In this document: positions 37,731 to 52,440 of the stretch, in pieces
Numbering within the stretch: the first letter of the stretch is position 1
Layout of the letters: each line of letters opens with the position of its first letter
Assembly: GCA_964016885.1 (NCBI GenBank)
Contig: OZ024747.1
Coordinates: 28,954,001 to 29,018,000, forward strand
DNA: 64,000 nucleotides
From: Eledone cirrhosa
Lineage: Eukaryota
Direction: 5' to 3'
Position numbers and translations under genes: made by a program
The notes under the pieces: model-generated
Databases searched by the model: none
Told to the model about the DNA's origin: nothing
Seen by the model: the letters and a program-made list of their open reading frames with translations, nothing else

Positions 37731-38846
37731 ATTAATTTTTTAATTTCTTTGCTGCTTATGCTTGCCAGGAAAAAAATAATGCAAAATGACTTCCCAATTA
37801 AAATTTGAAGGAAATATCTTTTCAAAAGTATTTTGAGAATATATATGTTCTTTTAATTTCTGTCTGACAATTCTGAAAGCCAGTGGTTCTACTACTCCCA
37901 CTGATGCAATCACTTATTCCTCTTGATCAAGTTTTTTCAAAGGGCAGGGATATAACAACATCTAGAAGATGTCTTCACACAAGTTTTCATGTCAATTCAG
38001 AAAACCATGCTTACTTAAGCAGAAAACAAAACAATGTATCATCTTTTAGAACTTATTAAGTTTGTGGCGGGATTTAAAGTATTTTTATGCAAATTTCTTG
38101 GGCTAAATAATAAAGAAAGGAATACATTTTTGATTACAGAAATGATATTTTAAAAAATACATAAAAAAAATATTAAAATAAAGCATTTTTTTTGCTTTAT
38201 TTAATTTCATTTTAAGAGTTTCTTTGAAGTGATTGTTTACACTTCTCAAACCAGAATAATTTTTGGAAACTAATTTTATAAATATATTAGAAATATAATG
38301 TTCTATAGAGGTTATTTTGTATTATTATTCAGAATGTTTGTATTTCTTAGTAATTGGGGTTTAATTACATGTGAGGTAATAAGCTTCCTGCTTTACCAAC
38401 TTTCAGATTTTTAGTTATTGTCTTGTCTTGACTCATAAACATACATTCCTACTTCGTTCTTGATATGACAATACAATAGATAAAAATGGCTTTAGATATA
38501 CAAATGGATGTTTAAAATATATTGATGTTTGTTGAAATGTATTTGTTTTTGTTTTTTTCCTTGTGAAAAATGTCAATTCTACATTTTGAATTCCTACAAC
38601 AAAAGATTTTTCTTAAATCAAAAACCTATACTTTGATTTAAGTTTCCTTGAATTTTTAGACACGTGTACATTCTGACTTCTAACAGACTTTAAATGGAAT
38701 CTGCTACCTAAAGTGTTGTTCTATAATTTATTGATACAATATCTTAAAATATTAATCTTTGTATTAGCATCAGATCAGTCTCAGACCAGATGTAAAATGT
38801 AATCGGTGTTAAATACACATTAACATGATTTATGTATGAGTTACTG

Positions 38847-38889
<43 letters not shown>

Positions 38890-41800
38890 CACTCCCTTCC
38901 TCTATGTAATCTGGTCTGGTTGTACCTGAAATTCTAACTAACCTGATAGAAAAGCTAGATACTGTTGCTGATCTAGTAGACAAGATACTGGTTTCCCCCC
39001 ACCCAATAGCAACAACTGTTACTTGTACAAAAATAAGCTGACTAAGCGAGGTATTTATGTTCTCTCTTCATCTTATAGGACAACAATACTATTGATTCAA
39101 CCAGCTGGAACTCTGCATTATTATTATTATGTAGCTACAATTGCCTCAGAAATAACATTGGTATATTTTAGAAAATTCTGTTTTGGATGTTAGGTTTTAG
39201 TTAAATTTTAGCTGGCAACTCTGTGAACAAGCCAATTGATATAGAATGGTGGCCAGCTCATTTAAATTGAAACTCTGTAGGAATCAATAAGTGAAGCAAA
39301 TAAAACTTTGAAAATTCCATTTAACTCTTGTAGTTAATTAGTGGAAGCTTTTAATTCCCATTCTAAACAGTGAATTCTTTGCAAAGCTCTGAGGGCTTAT
39401 CCTTAAGTGTTCTCTCTCCCTCCCCAACCCCAACCCCCAGTGCTGATAGCTAAATATATATGAGTTTTTAGTTTCTCATTGCCCCCACATTTTTGGCAAT
39501 CTCCTGAGTAAATTCCCTCCTGACCTTTGGCTTTGGAGGGGAAACATCAGAAGTATTTATTCACAGAGCATAAATATAATGTGAGGCTTTTTTGTAACAA
39601 TGAATTAGTCTTTAAGTATAAAATATTTTTTATTGTAGATTTTGTGAATTAATTATATTTTCCACCCCGCTCTGGTATTAACTGTTACCTCTCCAACACA
39701 TTTCTCCATCTAACGCCACATGATCAACAATTTATTTTCATACACACCCACATATTGGTCACATCTTTCAACACTACTCTTAAAACTAAATTAACCCTTT
39801 CATTACCATATTTCTAATGAAAGACATTTTTCATAGATTCCTTGATCTAACATAGTTTATATTTTGTAATAGATTATATATTATTAACATTGCTACATTA
39901 TTTGGTTAACTCTTTGAGTGACAGTTTTTCTTTTGGTATTTCACTACTCTGGGCTATGATACAACTAAATTGGCTGGGCCGTTAGGAATGTCAACACAAT
40001 GTAATAGTTGTTGGAACTTACTACTAGGTCGACTGGGGTGGTGGCTTATCTAGTTCATGTCATGATACTGGAGTCCCAGGTGATACATGGAAGCATAAAA
40101 ACTTTGGTTTCTTTTTTTTATATATATATATATATATATGGAACTATTTTGGGGTGTTGGGTATAAATAGATGAGGTGAGTGCTGTGATATAGGGGATAA
40201 GCTGTTGGCAATGCAGGTTTAATTTCTAACACTTGCCCTGTTAATGCTCTTGGAAAAGGCATGAACCTCACAACTCAATTTCTTGCCCATCTCTTGAAGT
40301 TGGTTAGGTTTGAACAACCGTTGACAGATATCTCTTAATCTCTTATTATAAAAGATCAATCAATTTATTTATTCTGTCTATCCTATTTTGATAATTCTAT
40401 AAGACTTAATCCTATATATATATATGTATACCACTATTCCATTGAAAATGGAAGAAAAATATTGTTTATGTAAGAATTTTTGTTGAGTTCCTTTGAGAGT
40501 ATTTGAAATATTTGTGTGTAATTAGCTGCTTTGAAGATTTCTGATTGTGTTTCTGCTGCTGCCAGTCCTTGTCCTCCATCCTACATCAGTTGACTGGGTA
40601 CAGCTCTAGTTAGAATATATCTTCACTCACACACATCAGGTGAACTAGCAAGAGGCTCTACTAGCAAGTATTGTCAGCTATTTGGCACTACTGTCTATTG
40701 ATATTCCCTTGTCTTCTCTTCTCTTCCTGCCATCCACCTCAACCACAGATCATCCAGCACATGATACTTGGCTCTCATTTGTCATCTGATTAGGAGGCTC
40801 TCTGCTTTTGAAGTGATTGCAATAACAACAAAAAATATTCCTCTGATATAGAGATGGGAAGGGGAGGATGTGAGAATGAGAGAAAAAGTACACTGCTGAA
40901 TAAAAATGCTTTCCAAAGCTGGAGTTTGTGTTAGAAGCCAACCATTGCTTGCAGTCTCCAAGATCAATAATATTACCAATGTTTTCCTGATGTGGCCATC
41001 AGCGATAGCAGTAGTTCAACTCAAATGTCGGCTCTATCTGGCTCTCTATTCTCACTAGTGATGCTGTAATAGTAGTATGTACGCAGCTCTTACCTGACTG
41101 ACATCTTGCTATTTCTCTTCTATTCCCACATCTTTGTTCCAATCTATGTCATTTCTCTCTCTCTCTCTGTCATTGCTCTGTTTCCCTATTGTCTTCTGTC
41201 TCTCTATCTCTCTTGTTCAAATCTATGTCGCTGCTCTATCTATGTATCTATCTTTCCTCTAGCTCAACTCTTCCAATCTATGTCATTGCTCTCTCTATCT
41301 ATCTATTTCCTCTTTCTATCTAATTAGCTCCTGTATCACTGCTCTCTCTCTCATCCCTTGCTTAACTCTTCTATGTCAGCTGAAGAAGTCTCTCATCTTG
41401 TGATTATTAAAACTTTTCTTTGTCTCTATTAATGTCATGGTTTGTGTTTAGTATTAGTAATCTTTGGATGAGGTATATATAGAAGAGTGGCATGTCTTGT
41501 TTAAGGATTAAATTTTCAGTATTCACAATACTACTGATATTTTTTAAATGTATATATATAATGGAGTGGTGTGTCTTGTCTAAGGTTTAACACTTTAGAA
41601 TTCATACTGCTAATGGTAGTTATGTTATGGTATTGATTTATAGTAAAGTGGTGTGCCTTATTTAAGGTTCAACTCTTTAGAAATGAATACTAATAGTGTT
41701 TATATATATATATATATATGTATATTTGAAATTGTAGTATTATGTAGTTCCTGGGGACAATGTCAATCAGATCCAGTATGACCAGTAGCTAGATTTGTGC

Positions 41801-42546
41801 CAGGTTCAATGCTAAGCTAATATAAGCATTCATTGAAAATGTAAAAGTGTAGCAACATGTACATAATTCTATATATTCTTTATAAGTGAGGGCTGTATGG
41901 AGAAGTGTTAATACAGTGGAGAAAAGTGTTAACACAGTGTAAGGCACATTTATATATATTTCTACATATTTTCTATATAAGTTGGGGTTATGTGCGGTGA
42001 AGTATTAATACTGTGTAAGGCACAATTGTATTAATTCTGTATATTCTTTGTGGGCCATGTAGAAAAGTATTAATGCAGTTTAAGGGGCAGTTATATATAA
42101 TTATGTATATAAGTTGGTATGTGTGAAGAAGTGTTAAATACAGTGAAAGGTATGTAGTGAGAAATGCTAGATATTTTTTCTCTATCCACACACCCCAAAC
42201 ACACTTTCCTTCTCTGCTGTTTTTTTATTGTTTTAGTCAGTGAGACAAAAAGAATTTCCTCAAAATAACAGGTTTGCAGCTACCTGGGTGGTTGGTTTTC
42301 TGTTGTTCTTAAACAAATGGCTGAACTTAGATATGTGAATTACTTTACTAAATAAAGCTTATTTCAATAGATTAAACAAAAAAGAAAACTTATTTTTTTT
42401 ACTCTCACAAAAAGTAAGATATATATATTGTGTACAAGTCAACAATTTAGTACCAAACCCCTACCCCTCCTCATACCAGATGCCTACCTTTTTCTCATCT
42501 AAACTTCAATGTTGAAGTAAAGTCTTGAAGTCAACTGATGTATGGT

Positions 42547-43250
42547 CAGTATCGGTAGAGGGTTTGACGCAGAGTTACGGCCCTTTCCATTCTGAGGTTA
42601 ACTTTGCCTTTCATCCTTACGGGGTCGATAAAATAAAGTACCAGTAATGTACTGGGTAATTGCTGGCCTTGTGCCAAAAGTAGAAACAATTATTAATTAT
42701 TAGGGTGGTGGATTGGCAGTATCAGTAGAGCATCAGGCACCATGCCTTGCAGCATAGAGTTATGGCCCTTTACGTTCTGAGTTCAAATCCCGCCGAGGTT
42801 AACTTTGCCTTTCATCCTTATGGGGTCGATAAAATAAAGCACCAGTAATCCGCTGGGGGTAATTGCTGGCCTTGTGCCAAAAATAGAAACAATTATTAAT
42901 TAATATATATTCCTCTTAAGGCAGTGGATTTGGTAGGTGTGTTAGACTGTCAGATTAAATGCTAAACCATATTTGTTCTGGCTCTTCTTTATGTTTCTAG
43001 TTCAAATCCTGCCAGTGTCACATTGACCTTTCATCCTGGTGAGTGTGGGGGCTCATAATAAAATAGCAATCAAGAACTGGTTGATATAATCAACTTTCCC
43101 TTCCCCGCAAATGCTGGTGTTATGCCAGTGTTAGAAATCATTATTGTTAAGGTCAATTTTGCCTTTCTTCCTTCCAGGGGTGTCGATATATAATTGACTG
43201 TCCCCTCTCCCAAAAAAACTTGAGGCCTTGTGCCTATGAATGAAATCATT
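42547..43250 (+). mobile_element. Head-to-tail array of about four SINE family A copies
   Basis: Young copies at 42547-42697 and 42702-42900, followed by older copies. Confidence 0.85.
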
Positions 43251-45771
43251 TTATATTCTTGTATTACAAGATTTTATGTTGTAGAATCACATGAACATTT
43301 TTTTCTTTAATTACTGAAATTTCAACATTGATTATTTGTTTCAATTACATTTTTTAATTATGATTATTTAATTTATAATATTTTTTTTTATTATTCTTAT
43401 TCTGGAAGAACAGACTGCTTAAATCTGACAAAAGCATACAAAGCTAATCAGATGAGTAACTTAAGGGCTAATTAAAGGACTTTCCAGAGTTTTCTTTGTG
43501 GCCCATTAACTTGTGTTTGTGTTAGATGTGTAACTCTGTATATTGTGTACCCTGAATGTATTTTAGTTAGTTCTATTCCTTAACAATCCCTTTAACCAGA
43601 GAAATATAAAAATAATCCAATGGTGTTTGATCAGCTTGATTCAGTGTGGACACATGAGATTGAGCATTTATGACACCAGCTTCATCTGAAAAGTAAATAA
43701 AGTCTTTTTAAAATATCTCAAGTTTTCTTGTTACTCATTTTCTTTTCTTCTTCAGAGCAGTTCTCTCCCCACATGGTGCCATAAACATCACATCCTCCTA
43801 TACTAGCCTATTAAACACAAGAGATATATACAGTGTCAACATAAACAGACACAGAGCAAGCATCATTTACACACATAAAAATCACTTATACATGCACGCA
43901 CATACACACAGAGCAGGTATCATAGAGTGAACAAAGGACAGCTTGACAAGGAGAAATCAGTTGGCAACCTAACTACAGAGACGGGGAGAGGGTGATGTGA
44001 CATCATAGTTTAGGAACTTCTGATTTAGGCAGTGGCAGTTTAAAGAAATTCATATAACACAGCGTAGGGTATATTGAGTGTATATATATATATACTCACA
44101 CCTCTATATAGTTTATATTAGAAATTACTTCTACAGGAGTAGCACTGTTTCATCTAGTTGAACTCATGTACCCTCTCTACTTAATGTATTGAGTACCTTA
44201 TTTAGCTGTAGTTTGCTTCCATTTCTGCATGGAAGCCTATTATATATATTGTGTATACATAGCTGATCTCAAGACATTTACAAAGCACTGAAAAGATAAA
44301 ATTAATATTAAGAATGGTATGCTCATGTGTGGAGTGCTGTAAAATAGGGTAAAGATGGATAAAGAAGTTGCTATCAACCCTATATCTCCCAGGAGTTGTA
44401 TTTGTCTGGCAAGTGACTTGATTTGAGACTATATGTTGAAGCTAAAACAATAATTAGTGGCAGTCATTTCAGCCATTTAAAAACAACAACTTTGATACGA
44501 GGAAATATAAAGTAAAATTAATGGTTTAAATTGCTAAAGTTGACTCTTACATGAAAATATAATATATATATATATACACACATTGTGCTAGGTTTGTCTG
44601 GTAAATGGCAATTTGATATCTCTCACACAGTGTTGATGATGTTCTGTGGTCAAGTAGCAGCAGTCTATAGCTACATACCAAAGTTGAACTTGGAGCCAAT
44701 ATAACTACCATGAATCAAGTATTTTAATCTGTTAATTGTTGCCATGCTCTCTCTCTCTCTCTCTCTCTATAAAGGGATAAAGATCACATAACTCCTTGTG
44801 GAGTCATAGAGGCGTCAAACAGCGTGTTTAGGGCACTTTTAAATCTGGCGGAGCCCAACCCTCTCCAAGTCTGAACACAGGATGAAAGGCAAAGTTGACC
44901 CTGGCAGGACTTGAACTCGGTATATATATATATATATATATATATCCAAGTTGCCTTGGCCTTTCCCCTCAGAGAAATATATATTATTAACTTTGAAAAA
45001 TATCTAACTGGGGTACTGTTCCAGCATGACCTTGGCTGTGATGGCTAAAATAAACTCAAGAACTAAATATTTCCTAATTTCTGACAAAATTTTCTTTTGG
45101 ATTATCTTAATTGGATCTCAACTAAGGAATTAAAATAATAGCAATGTTGGCTAGAATTTAGGTCAGGGCTTCTTCCATAATCACAATCTTAAATGTTTTT
45201 ATTACATTGATTCGTATTTTAATCATGAAATTAATATTTTAAAAACTTTTATATTATTAGTTGCTGCTCCTGACTTAAAACAGGACACACTGAATAATGT
45301 ACCATCAGGTACATACATCATGAATTTACATTCACTTTCAATGCTAACATGGATTGGATGGATTGTTGCAGTCTGAGTCAGTTCTTATTCAAAGTTACCG
45401 TCATTTTAGATGGGTCAGAGTGTGTTTTGTTTATAAGTCTCATTGGCATTGAGTTAACAGACTTGGTAAAGTACCAACTGTCATAGTAGGATGGTAGACA
45501 GCATAGGTACTTGTCAGAGTGGGGATAATCAATGAAATTGAGTTCAATATATTGACACATCTTATTGATCAGCCTCTCTGGAGAAGTTAATCTCTGGTGG
45601 AAATTGAAATAAGAGTACTGAGGGATCAGACTAAATGCTGTAAGTGTATATGGTTAAACACAAACTGTATAGAAGCCCTTTAGATAGATTTACATGTAAT
45701 TCAAAAGGCAGAGCAGTGTCACACTGATTTGTTTTCATCATCTATGAATGATCAAACATAAAACACCTCAA

Positions 45772-45900
45772 TATAGACATACATACCTCAACTTTGTCTC
45801 CATAGACATACACCTACATACCTCAACTTTGCCTCCATAGACATACACATACATACCTCAACTTTGCCTCCATAGACATACACATACATACCTTAACTTA
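45772..45900. repeat. ~35-bp tandem repeat, 3-4 copies
   Basis: catagacatacac[ac]tacatacctcaactttg[ct]ctc repeated. Confidence 0.9.
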
Positions 45901-48221
45901 ACCTTTCATAATTTCAGAGTCAATATAATAAAGTACCAGTCATGTACTGTGGGTGATTCAATCCACTTTTCCCTCACTAAAAAATTGCAGGCCTTGTGCC
46001 TAAATCAGAAACCATTATCATTAATAATAATAAAAAGATCTAAAACAACCAAATAAAATGAAATGAAGAGGACAAACAACAACAGTTAAATCCATACTAA
46101 CTAACTAACATGGTTTGATAAGAAGAACTTGTGCAGATTCCATCAATTTGTTTGTTGACGAAGCAAAGAATTGAATGCCATGAAACTGGAAAGAGAAAAA
46201 GAAAAAGTAAAAACAGACAAAAATAAAAACAACCAAACCAACCAGCCAACCAACTAACTAACAAAGCAACCAACAAGCATTTCAAAACAAATAAAAATAG
46301 AAAACCAAAGAAACTGAAGAGCAGCACAATGAGTTAAGATGTTGTGAAGATTGAGGAAGCTGAAAGTGAGTCAGCAGCCTGTATAGGCTGATCTCTCTGC
46401 TACAGTGGAGTGTGTGTGTGTGGGGGGGATTCTAAAATCAATGGAAGCTGCTCTTCTGTGAGCAATTTCCAGAGAAATGACCTGGATCTCTAAGTGCAAC
46501 AATGTTCTGCAATCCTGGACTGACTTACAAACAAGGTGATTCATTCTTCTGTTGATTCTATAAACAACAGTTTTATTGGAGACATATTCCAGTTGGAGGG
46601 AAGTTAACTGCAGTAACTTGGACCATTCTGCCAGCAGTAGCCATTTTGGCTTATTCCATCTTTCACTCTCTTTCCCCCTTCTTTAGGAAGTTTTTTTTGT
46701 CTTCCCTGAATATCTGCTGATTCTTCTCCTCCTCCACCTTCATTACTGTTTCTTTTTTTTACCTGAGGAGCTAATCACATACCAATAGGACACCAGATCA
46801 GCTTGATTAATAAAAATACTACACTTTATTATGGTATTGAGTATTTATATTTCTAGGTGGTGGTGATGATGATTGTGGTGGTGGCTGGAATTGTCTTTGT
46901 AAATGGTAAGCCAGTTAGGAATATGTGAGCAGTGTTTGTGGAAACTATTGTTTGGGAAGTCTGCCATGATGTTTGGGCAGTTTGCCTGCCAGTGTCAGAA
47001 TCTTTCCAATGACATCACACTCATTAGTTGATAGAGTAACATAGTTAATATGTTGAGCTAATGACAACAGATATGCTAAGGTAGTAGACAACCAAATCAC
47101 TTTGTATTCTAGAGCCACCACTGAAGACTTGTCTTCTACAAGAAAAAGTCAAGCAGATGAGTCGTCTCTCTACACACTATACACAGATACAAGTAAGAGG
47201 TAATGGTTTTTAAAGGCCAGTGCTTTACTACAGTTGCTTTGCATAAAACAGATGAGATATAAATATCTACATGGATAGGATGCTGGTCTATAGTAATGTG
47301 GTATTTATTCCAGGTCTTTGCATTCTAAGTTTTGTCTCTAATTGGAATCATCCCCAGAAACTGTACACACCTTTCCCTGTTCACAGAGAAATATTCAACT
47401 ATTGGCTTTATAAGTTCAACAAATGTGGTAGTAGGTAGTGTTACCAAATTGGAAATTCCAATTTGCATAATAGTGCTTCCATTGATAGTTAATTCAGTTA
47501 TATATTAGATAGTGCATTAAGAAGCTGAGATATATGAATATATATATAAATATATTGGATTTGAAAGTACTCTTCAGTTAGGACAAACATGTGACAAACT
47601 CCTTAAAATGGTAGTGCTGATGCTATAGAAAATGCAACCAGAACACTGTGAAATGGTAGTGGTGCTATCATGAAAATGCACCCAATATACACTGAGGTGG
47701 TTCATATTATGGACTGTGACAACCCATCCAGCCCAAGCCAGTTTGAAAAGCAGATATAAAATGATGTTATATATTAACTGTTTAGTATCTGATAATGAAT
47801 CTTCTAGATTAAGGATGAGAATGCAAATTTTCACCCAGATTCAAAATTGAAGTTGCACTCCCTTGTGGGACCTATTTACAGCCAAGAGGGTTGTATCATT
47901 TTAGAGTGAAGTGTCAAATGACAAGAGGCAAATATTTGTGGTTGGGTAACATAACCTATGTGTGTGAGGGGCTGATGGGTAGATACATAGATAGATAAAA
48001 CGCTAGTACACTAGATAGAGAGAAAGAGAGTGGGGAGATAGGCAGATGCATGCATGGTTGATGGCTATTTCTAGCAGATGGAGTAACTGTGCTGTGGTTT
48101 TTAATTACGTAGGTAGATAGATAGGTAAATAGATACATAAACAGAGAGAAAAATAGATGGACGGGCAGATAGATAGACAGACAAGTAGATAGATAGATGG
48201 ACAGACAGACAAACAGATTGA

Positions 48222-48445
48222 TATGTTTCTTTATTAGCCACAGGGGCACAAAAGAAGGGGACAAATACAAAAGGAGAAGTTTACATACAATAAAAACGTG
48301 TAAAATATTATCACAAATACAATTTAAAAGTTAATCGATTTTCCCCAATAGGGGGAAACATTTCATATGGGTAACACATACCCCCGAAAAAATGTGCAAC
48401 CCTCATCTCCAGGAGTACGAAGAGTTTGTACCCCCTTCTTCTCAG
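48222..48445 (-). mobile_element. 3'-UTR fragment of a Tx1/L1-like LINE within a GATA/GACA repeat
   Basis: Reverse complement ends tgtccccttcttttgtgcccctgtggctaataaagaaacatatc, matching the 3' end of 62157-62625. Also shares cccctattgggga..tcgatt. Confidence 0.75.
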
Positions 48446-49215
48446 ACAGACATATAGATGGTTAGACAGACAGAGGGGTAGATAAATAGACAGGCATGGG
48501 TAGTGAGTGGAAAATATGTGTTTGACAGTAAGAAACAAACATAACGCAGGTGACAATATATAAACAATAAGTAAAAAGACAAAGAAGACCTTTTAGTGTA
48601 AATGTATAGAGTGTTCTACCTTTAATTTAACCTCTTTATAAAGAAAAGGAAAGAATGAACGGAATAGAAAGATAGAGAGACGGAAAATTATAGATGAATA
48701 TATATATATATATAAAGACTAAGCGAGGGGAGGAGATATTTGTAGAGAAAAAGGAGATAGGGAGAGAAAGGGACAGAGATCGAAAAAGGAAGAGAGATAG
48801 GTAGATAGATAAGACTAATTAATATTGGCAGCATTAGTTAAAGATAACAACAGATATATCTACCGTATATTGTTCAACCTTGATTCAACAGATCTATGAT
48901 CAAAGGTATTCCAGCCGTAACAATCCTACTTGTTATTTACATATTCATTATACACGACTATCAAAATCATATTTGTCCTTCCTTATTTTGTTTTAAAAGA
49001 TATAAAAAGATTAGCTGAGGTATCTTTTGTGCCTATTTCTAGCAGGTCCACTGTCCATATACGAGTAGGCAACCTTTTTTAGTACCAATGTCGAATTTGA
49101 GGGATGCGTTTGGGCTGAGAAAAAATATTAAATCTTAACTATTACAAATTCGTGCGTATATATATATTTTTATATAACATATATACAAAATCACTACATT
49201 TGGACATATAACTTA

Positions 49216-51685
49216 CTGTATATACTCGTATATAAGTCGAGGAATATGTGATGGTAAACCGGGTTGACTTATATTCGAGGTCAATATTTTGCCGATTTTC
49301 ATCGACTTCAAAATTCTACGCAAATGAATTGCTAAAACGTATTACACTGTTTTCACTTCGGAGGTAAATATTACACTGGTTTCATTTTCTATGTGAAATT
49401 TGCATTTCCTATTGTTTTTGATGTTTTGAATGAATATGGCCTTCAAAACGGTAGAAAATTGGTTATTTCATCATGACATCATGACGTAATGGAGTTGTGA
49501 CATAAGTTATACTCTAAACGACACTTAAAACATTGGTATGTCTGTCTTCGCTTTCGCCACCAGAGCATTTACCAACTTGCCTTCCGAAACTCCCAAGGTC
49601 ATTCTCAAGCTAGATCTCAGGAAAGCTTTTAATTCCATCAGTCGGGATGTCATCCTCCGTTCAGTAAAGGAGGCGGCTCCGCATCTTTACCACTTTGCCT
49701 GGCAAGCCTACCAGGAACCCTCCTACCTAACCTTCGGTGACCATCTCCTTCTATCTGCTACAAGGGCCCAACAGGGTGACCCGCTTTTGATGACGTCGCC
49801 AAGTTGGGAGTTAACCTCGATCTGAATGCCTGGTATCTGGATGATGCTTCCTTGGGGAGTCCTCCAGACAAGGTCTTTGCAACTGCGAAGACAATGATTG
49901 AGGAGCTGTGCCGTAAGGGCCTTCACGTCAACAATTTAAAATGCGAGCTCTGGCGCCTCAACCACTCAGCTTCACACCAAGAGACTGTTGACCTGTTCAC
50001 AGAGTCCTTCCCCTCCATCGAGGTTTCTCCCCCACCGGCTTGGGGCCCCAGTTACTGACTAAGCCTTCGAGTTCATGTTTCAATCTAAGTTGGCTAACCT
50101 CAAGCAAATTAAAAAAAAACTTCAAAGTCATTGAGTCTCACCAAGGTTTTTTCATTCTCCGGAATTATCTGTCAATCCCTAAGTTGTATTTCCTTAGAGT
50201 TAGTCTCACTTACAAATTCTCGTCTTCTCTCCAACGCTTCGACGTTCTAATATTCAGTGAGCTCGAGGGTTTGGTCAATGTCCGACTCTTTCCAGAGTCA
50301 CGCGACCAAGCTGCCTTACCCAAACGGTTTGCGCAAGTCTACTACATTGTCCCTACCTTGCGTTCTTTCCTCCATTTACGCCTGCTCCCCTTTGGTAGGT
50401 GACATCTTCTCTTTCCTAACTTGCACTAGTTCCACTAGGGAGTTGGATTAAACTTTGCTACAATGGAGAGAGCTGGGTTTATCAATCCCAGTTACTGATA
50501 CACGGAAGCAGAAAGTATGGGACAATCTGCGTTCGAGGGAAACTTCCAACTCTCTCTTTGATCTTTCCGATCAATTTTCTAGGTGCCGCGCTTACTTTCT
50601 GCTAGCGCAAAGTTCTCGGGAGACTGGATTGATGCCCTGCCTGTTGCCAACATTGGAAGGACGAACTCCGTATATCCATTGCACCTCGTGTGGGAGTCGT
50701 CGTCTGTGGGGGTCTGAGATGCAGTTGAGGTAGGTCCCTCGACTCCACAGATTTACATGGTTTGTCCTGCCGCCTGAATGCTGGTCGTTTTTCCCGTCAC
50801 ACCGAGCTAAACCTAATCATTAAATGGGCTCTGGCTCTGGGTAAATACCCCCACAGTTCTGGAGCCGGCTGGCTTATCCAGAAGTGATGGGAAGAGACCA
50901 GACGGTCTTACCCTTTGTCCCTGGGTGAGAGGTAGGTGTCTCATGTGGGACATCACAGTCAATGACTCTTTTTCCCCCTCCCACATCATGGACGCCGCGG
51001 TGAATGTTGGGGTCACTGCTTCCGCTGCCGAACGGAATAAAATTCGGAAATACCAGGACTTATCAAACAATCATTTTTTCCAGCCTGTGGCGTTCGAGAC
51101 GTTCGGTTGATTTGTGTCGCTACAACAAAGTTCTTGTCTTCACTGGTGGCTAGCCTTACCGAAGAGTCAGGTGATGCCCGTGAGGGTGCCTGGTTATTTC
51201 AGCACCTTAGCCTCGCCATCACCCGTGGTACTGCTGCGAGTGTGTTGCCTTGCCTGAAAGAGTGCAATTAACTTCCAAGGTGTGAAGTGTTGCAGATTGT
51301 CACACGTGGTGGTGAATTGCGCCTCCCGTTCCCTTCTTTTTTTTCTTTCCTTTATCATTTTTGTTCATAAATTTATATTGTATTATTATATACGGTTTAG
51401 ACATATATTTGTCCTGAGCAGTTTTTGGTGTTATTTACGCATTTGTTATGTTATTTATAATGTTATTTACAACGTTATTCTACTGTAAATTTATACAACT
51501 GTAATAAATTTTTTTAAATATCAAAATATTGAAACTTCATAAATATATTCCCCAACCATGAGAATTCCAAATTTTCACTATCTAAACAATGTATTCATTA
51601 TCTGCCTCGACTTATAAACAAGGTTTGGATTATTGCCTATTTCTTAAACATAAAATAGGGTTGATTTATATTCGAGTATATACGA
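49216..51685. mobile_element. pogo/Tc2-like non-autonomous DNA transposon interrupted by a CRE-like LINE
   Basis: Left end ta|ctgtatatactcgtatataagtcga; right end ttgatttatattcgagtatatacga. Subterminal copies at 49261-49280 and 51605-51616. Confidence 0.7.
49538..51510 (+). mobile_element. 5'-truncated, frameshifted CRE-like non-LTR retrotransposon (RT + CCHC + restriction-like endonuclease)
   Basis: KLDLRKAFNSISRD, QQGDPL, AWYLDDASLG, a zinc knuckle ending HGLSC, RHTELN, EP.GLSRSDGKRPDGLT, WDITV, RKYQDL, FQPVAFETFG and LSLAITRG. The 3' UTR ends ttatacaactgtaataaa. Confidence 0.85.
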
Positions 51686-52099
51686 TGTTACATAGGTAAT
51701 ATAACGTATTCTACACACGCATACTCTATTGCGTATTCCAGCCGACTTGCTGGAGTACACACACGCATATATATATATGCTGGATGGTTTAAAAAATGGG
51801 TAGATCTGGCCATATATATATATATATATATATATATCACATAAGTATATATAGCATATTCTACATACGTATATATATTATGCACATATTACACATGCAT
51901 ATATAATGTATTCTACACGTGTATATATATAATTTTCACACTGTTTTAGTCTAAAGAGTTAAACGACATTTTTAAATAGTTTTTTTTTCTTCCTAAGATG
52001 TCTATCAGTGAGAAGGTGAACATGAATGTAAGGGTTACCTCGCCCATAGTAGAGCTTTCTTTGACACATCTCTACCGTATTAATAAGACAAGGCAGAGA

Positions 52100-52440
52100 A
52101 AGGTTTATCTATTAGCCCTCTATCGAGTTTGACAACGAGTATTCCGGTTGTTTGGACAACGGAATTGCCTACTCATGAATTTACGTGTAACTAGCTAAAC
52201 AATGCATAAACACGCGTATTCTTAATTTAATTTTCAGGGATGTTCAGCGTGGCATGGTATGATACAAGACTGGCTCTTTCAATTCAAGGTACAGTTAATC
52301 CAACGGGCTTCGAAACGGTTTCCATCCAACCAATTCCACTCACAAAGCTTGGATCGACTCTAAGCTATAGTAAATGACATTTGCCCAGGATGTCACGTAA
52401 TGGGATCGAACTCGAGACCTAATGATTGTACAGTAAACCT
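52100..52440 (-). mobile_element. SINE family B, CpG-retaining
   Basis: Reverse complement of family B (gggatcgaactc, ttgccca, ctcacaaagctt). Confidence 0.7.

Noticed and set aside
46320-46770. Possible minus-strand exon(s) in GC-richer unique sequence (also 40550-41100)
   Set aside because: Frames close quickly, and there is no consistent splice-phase model or recognisable protein.
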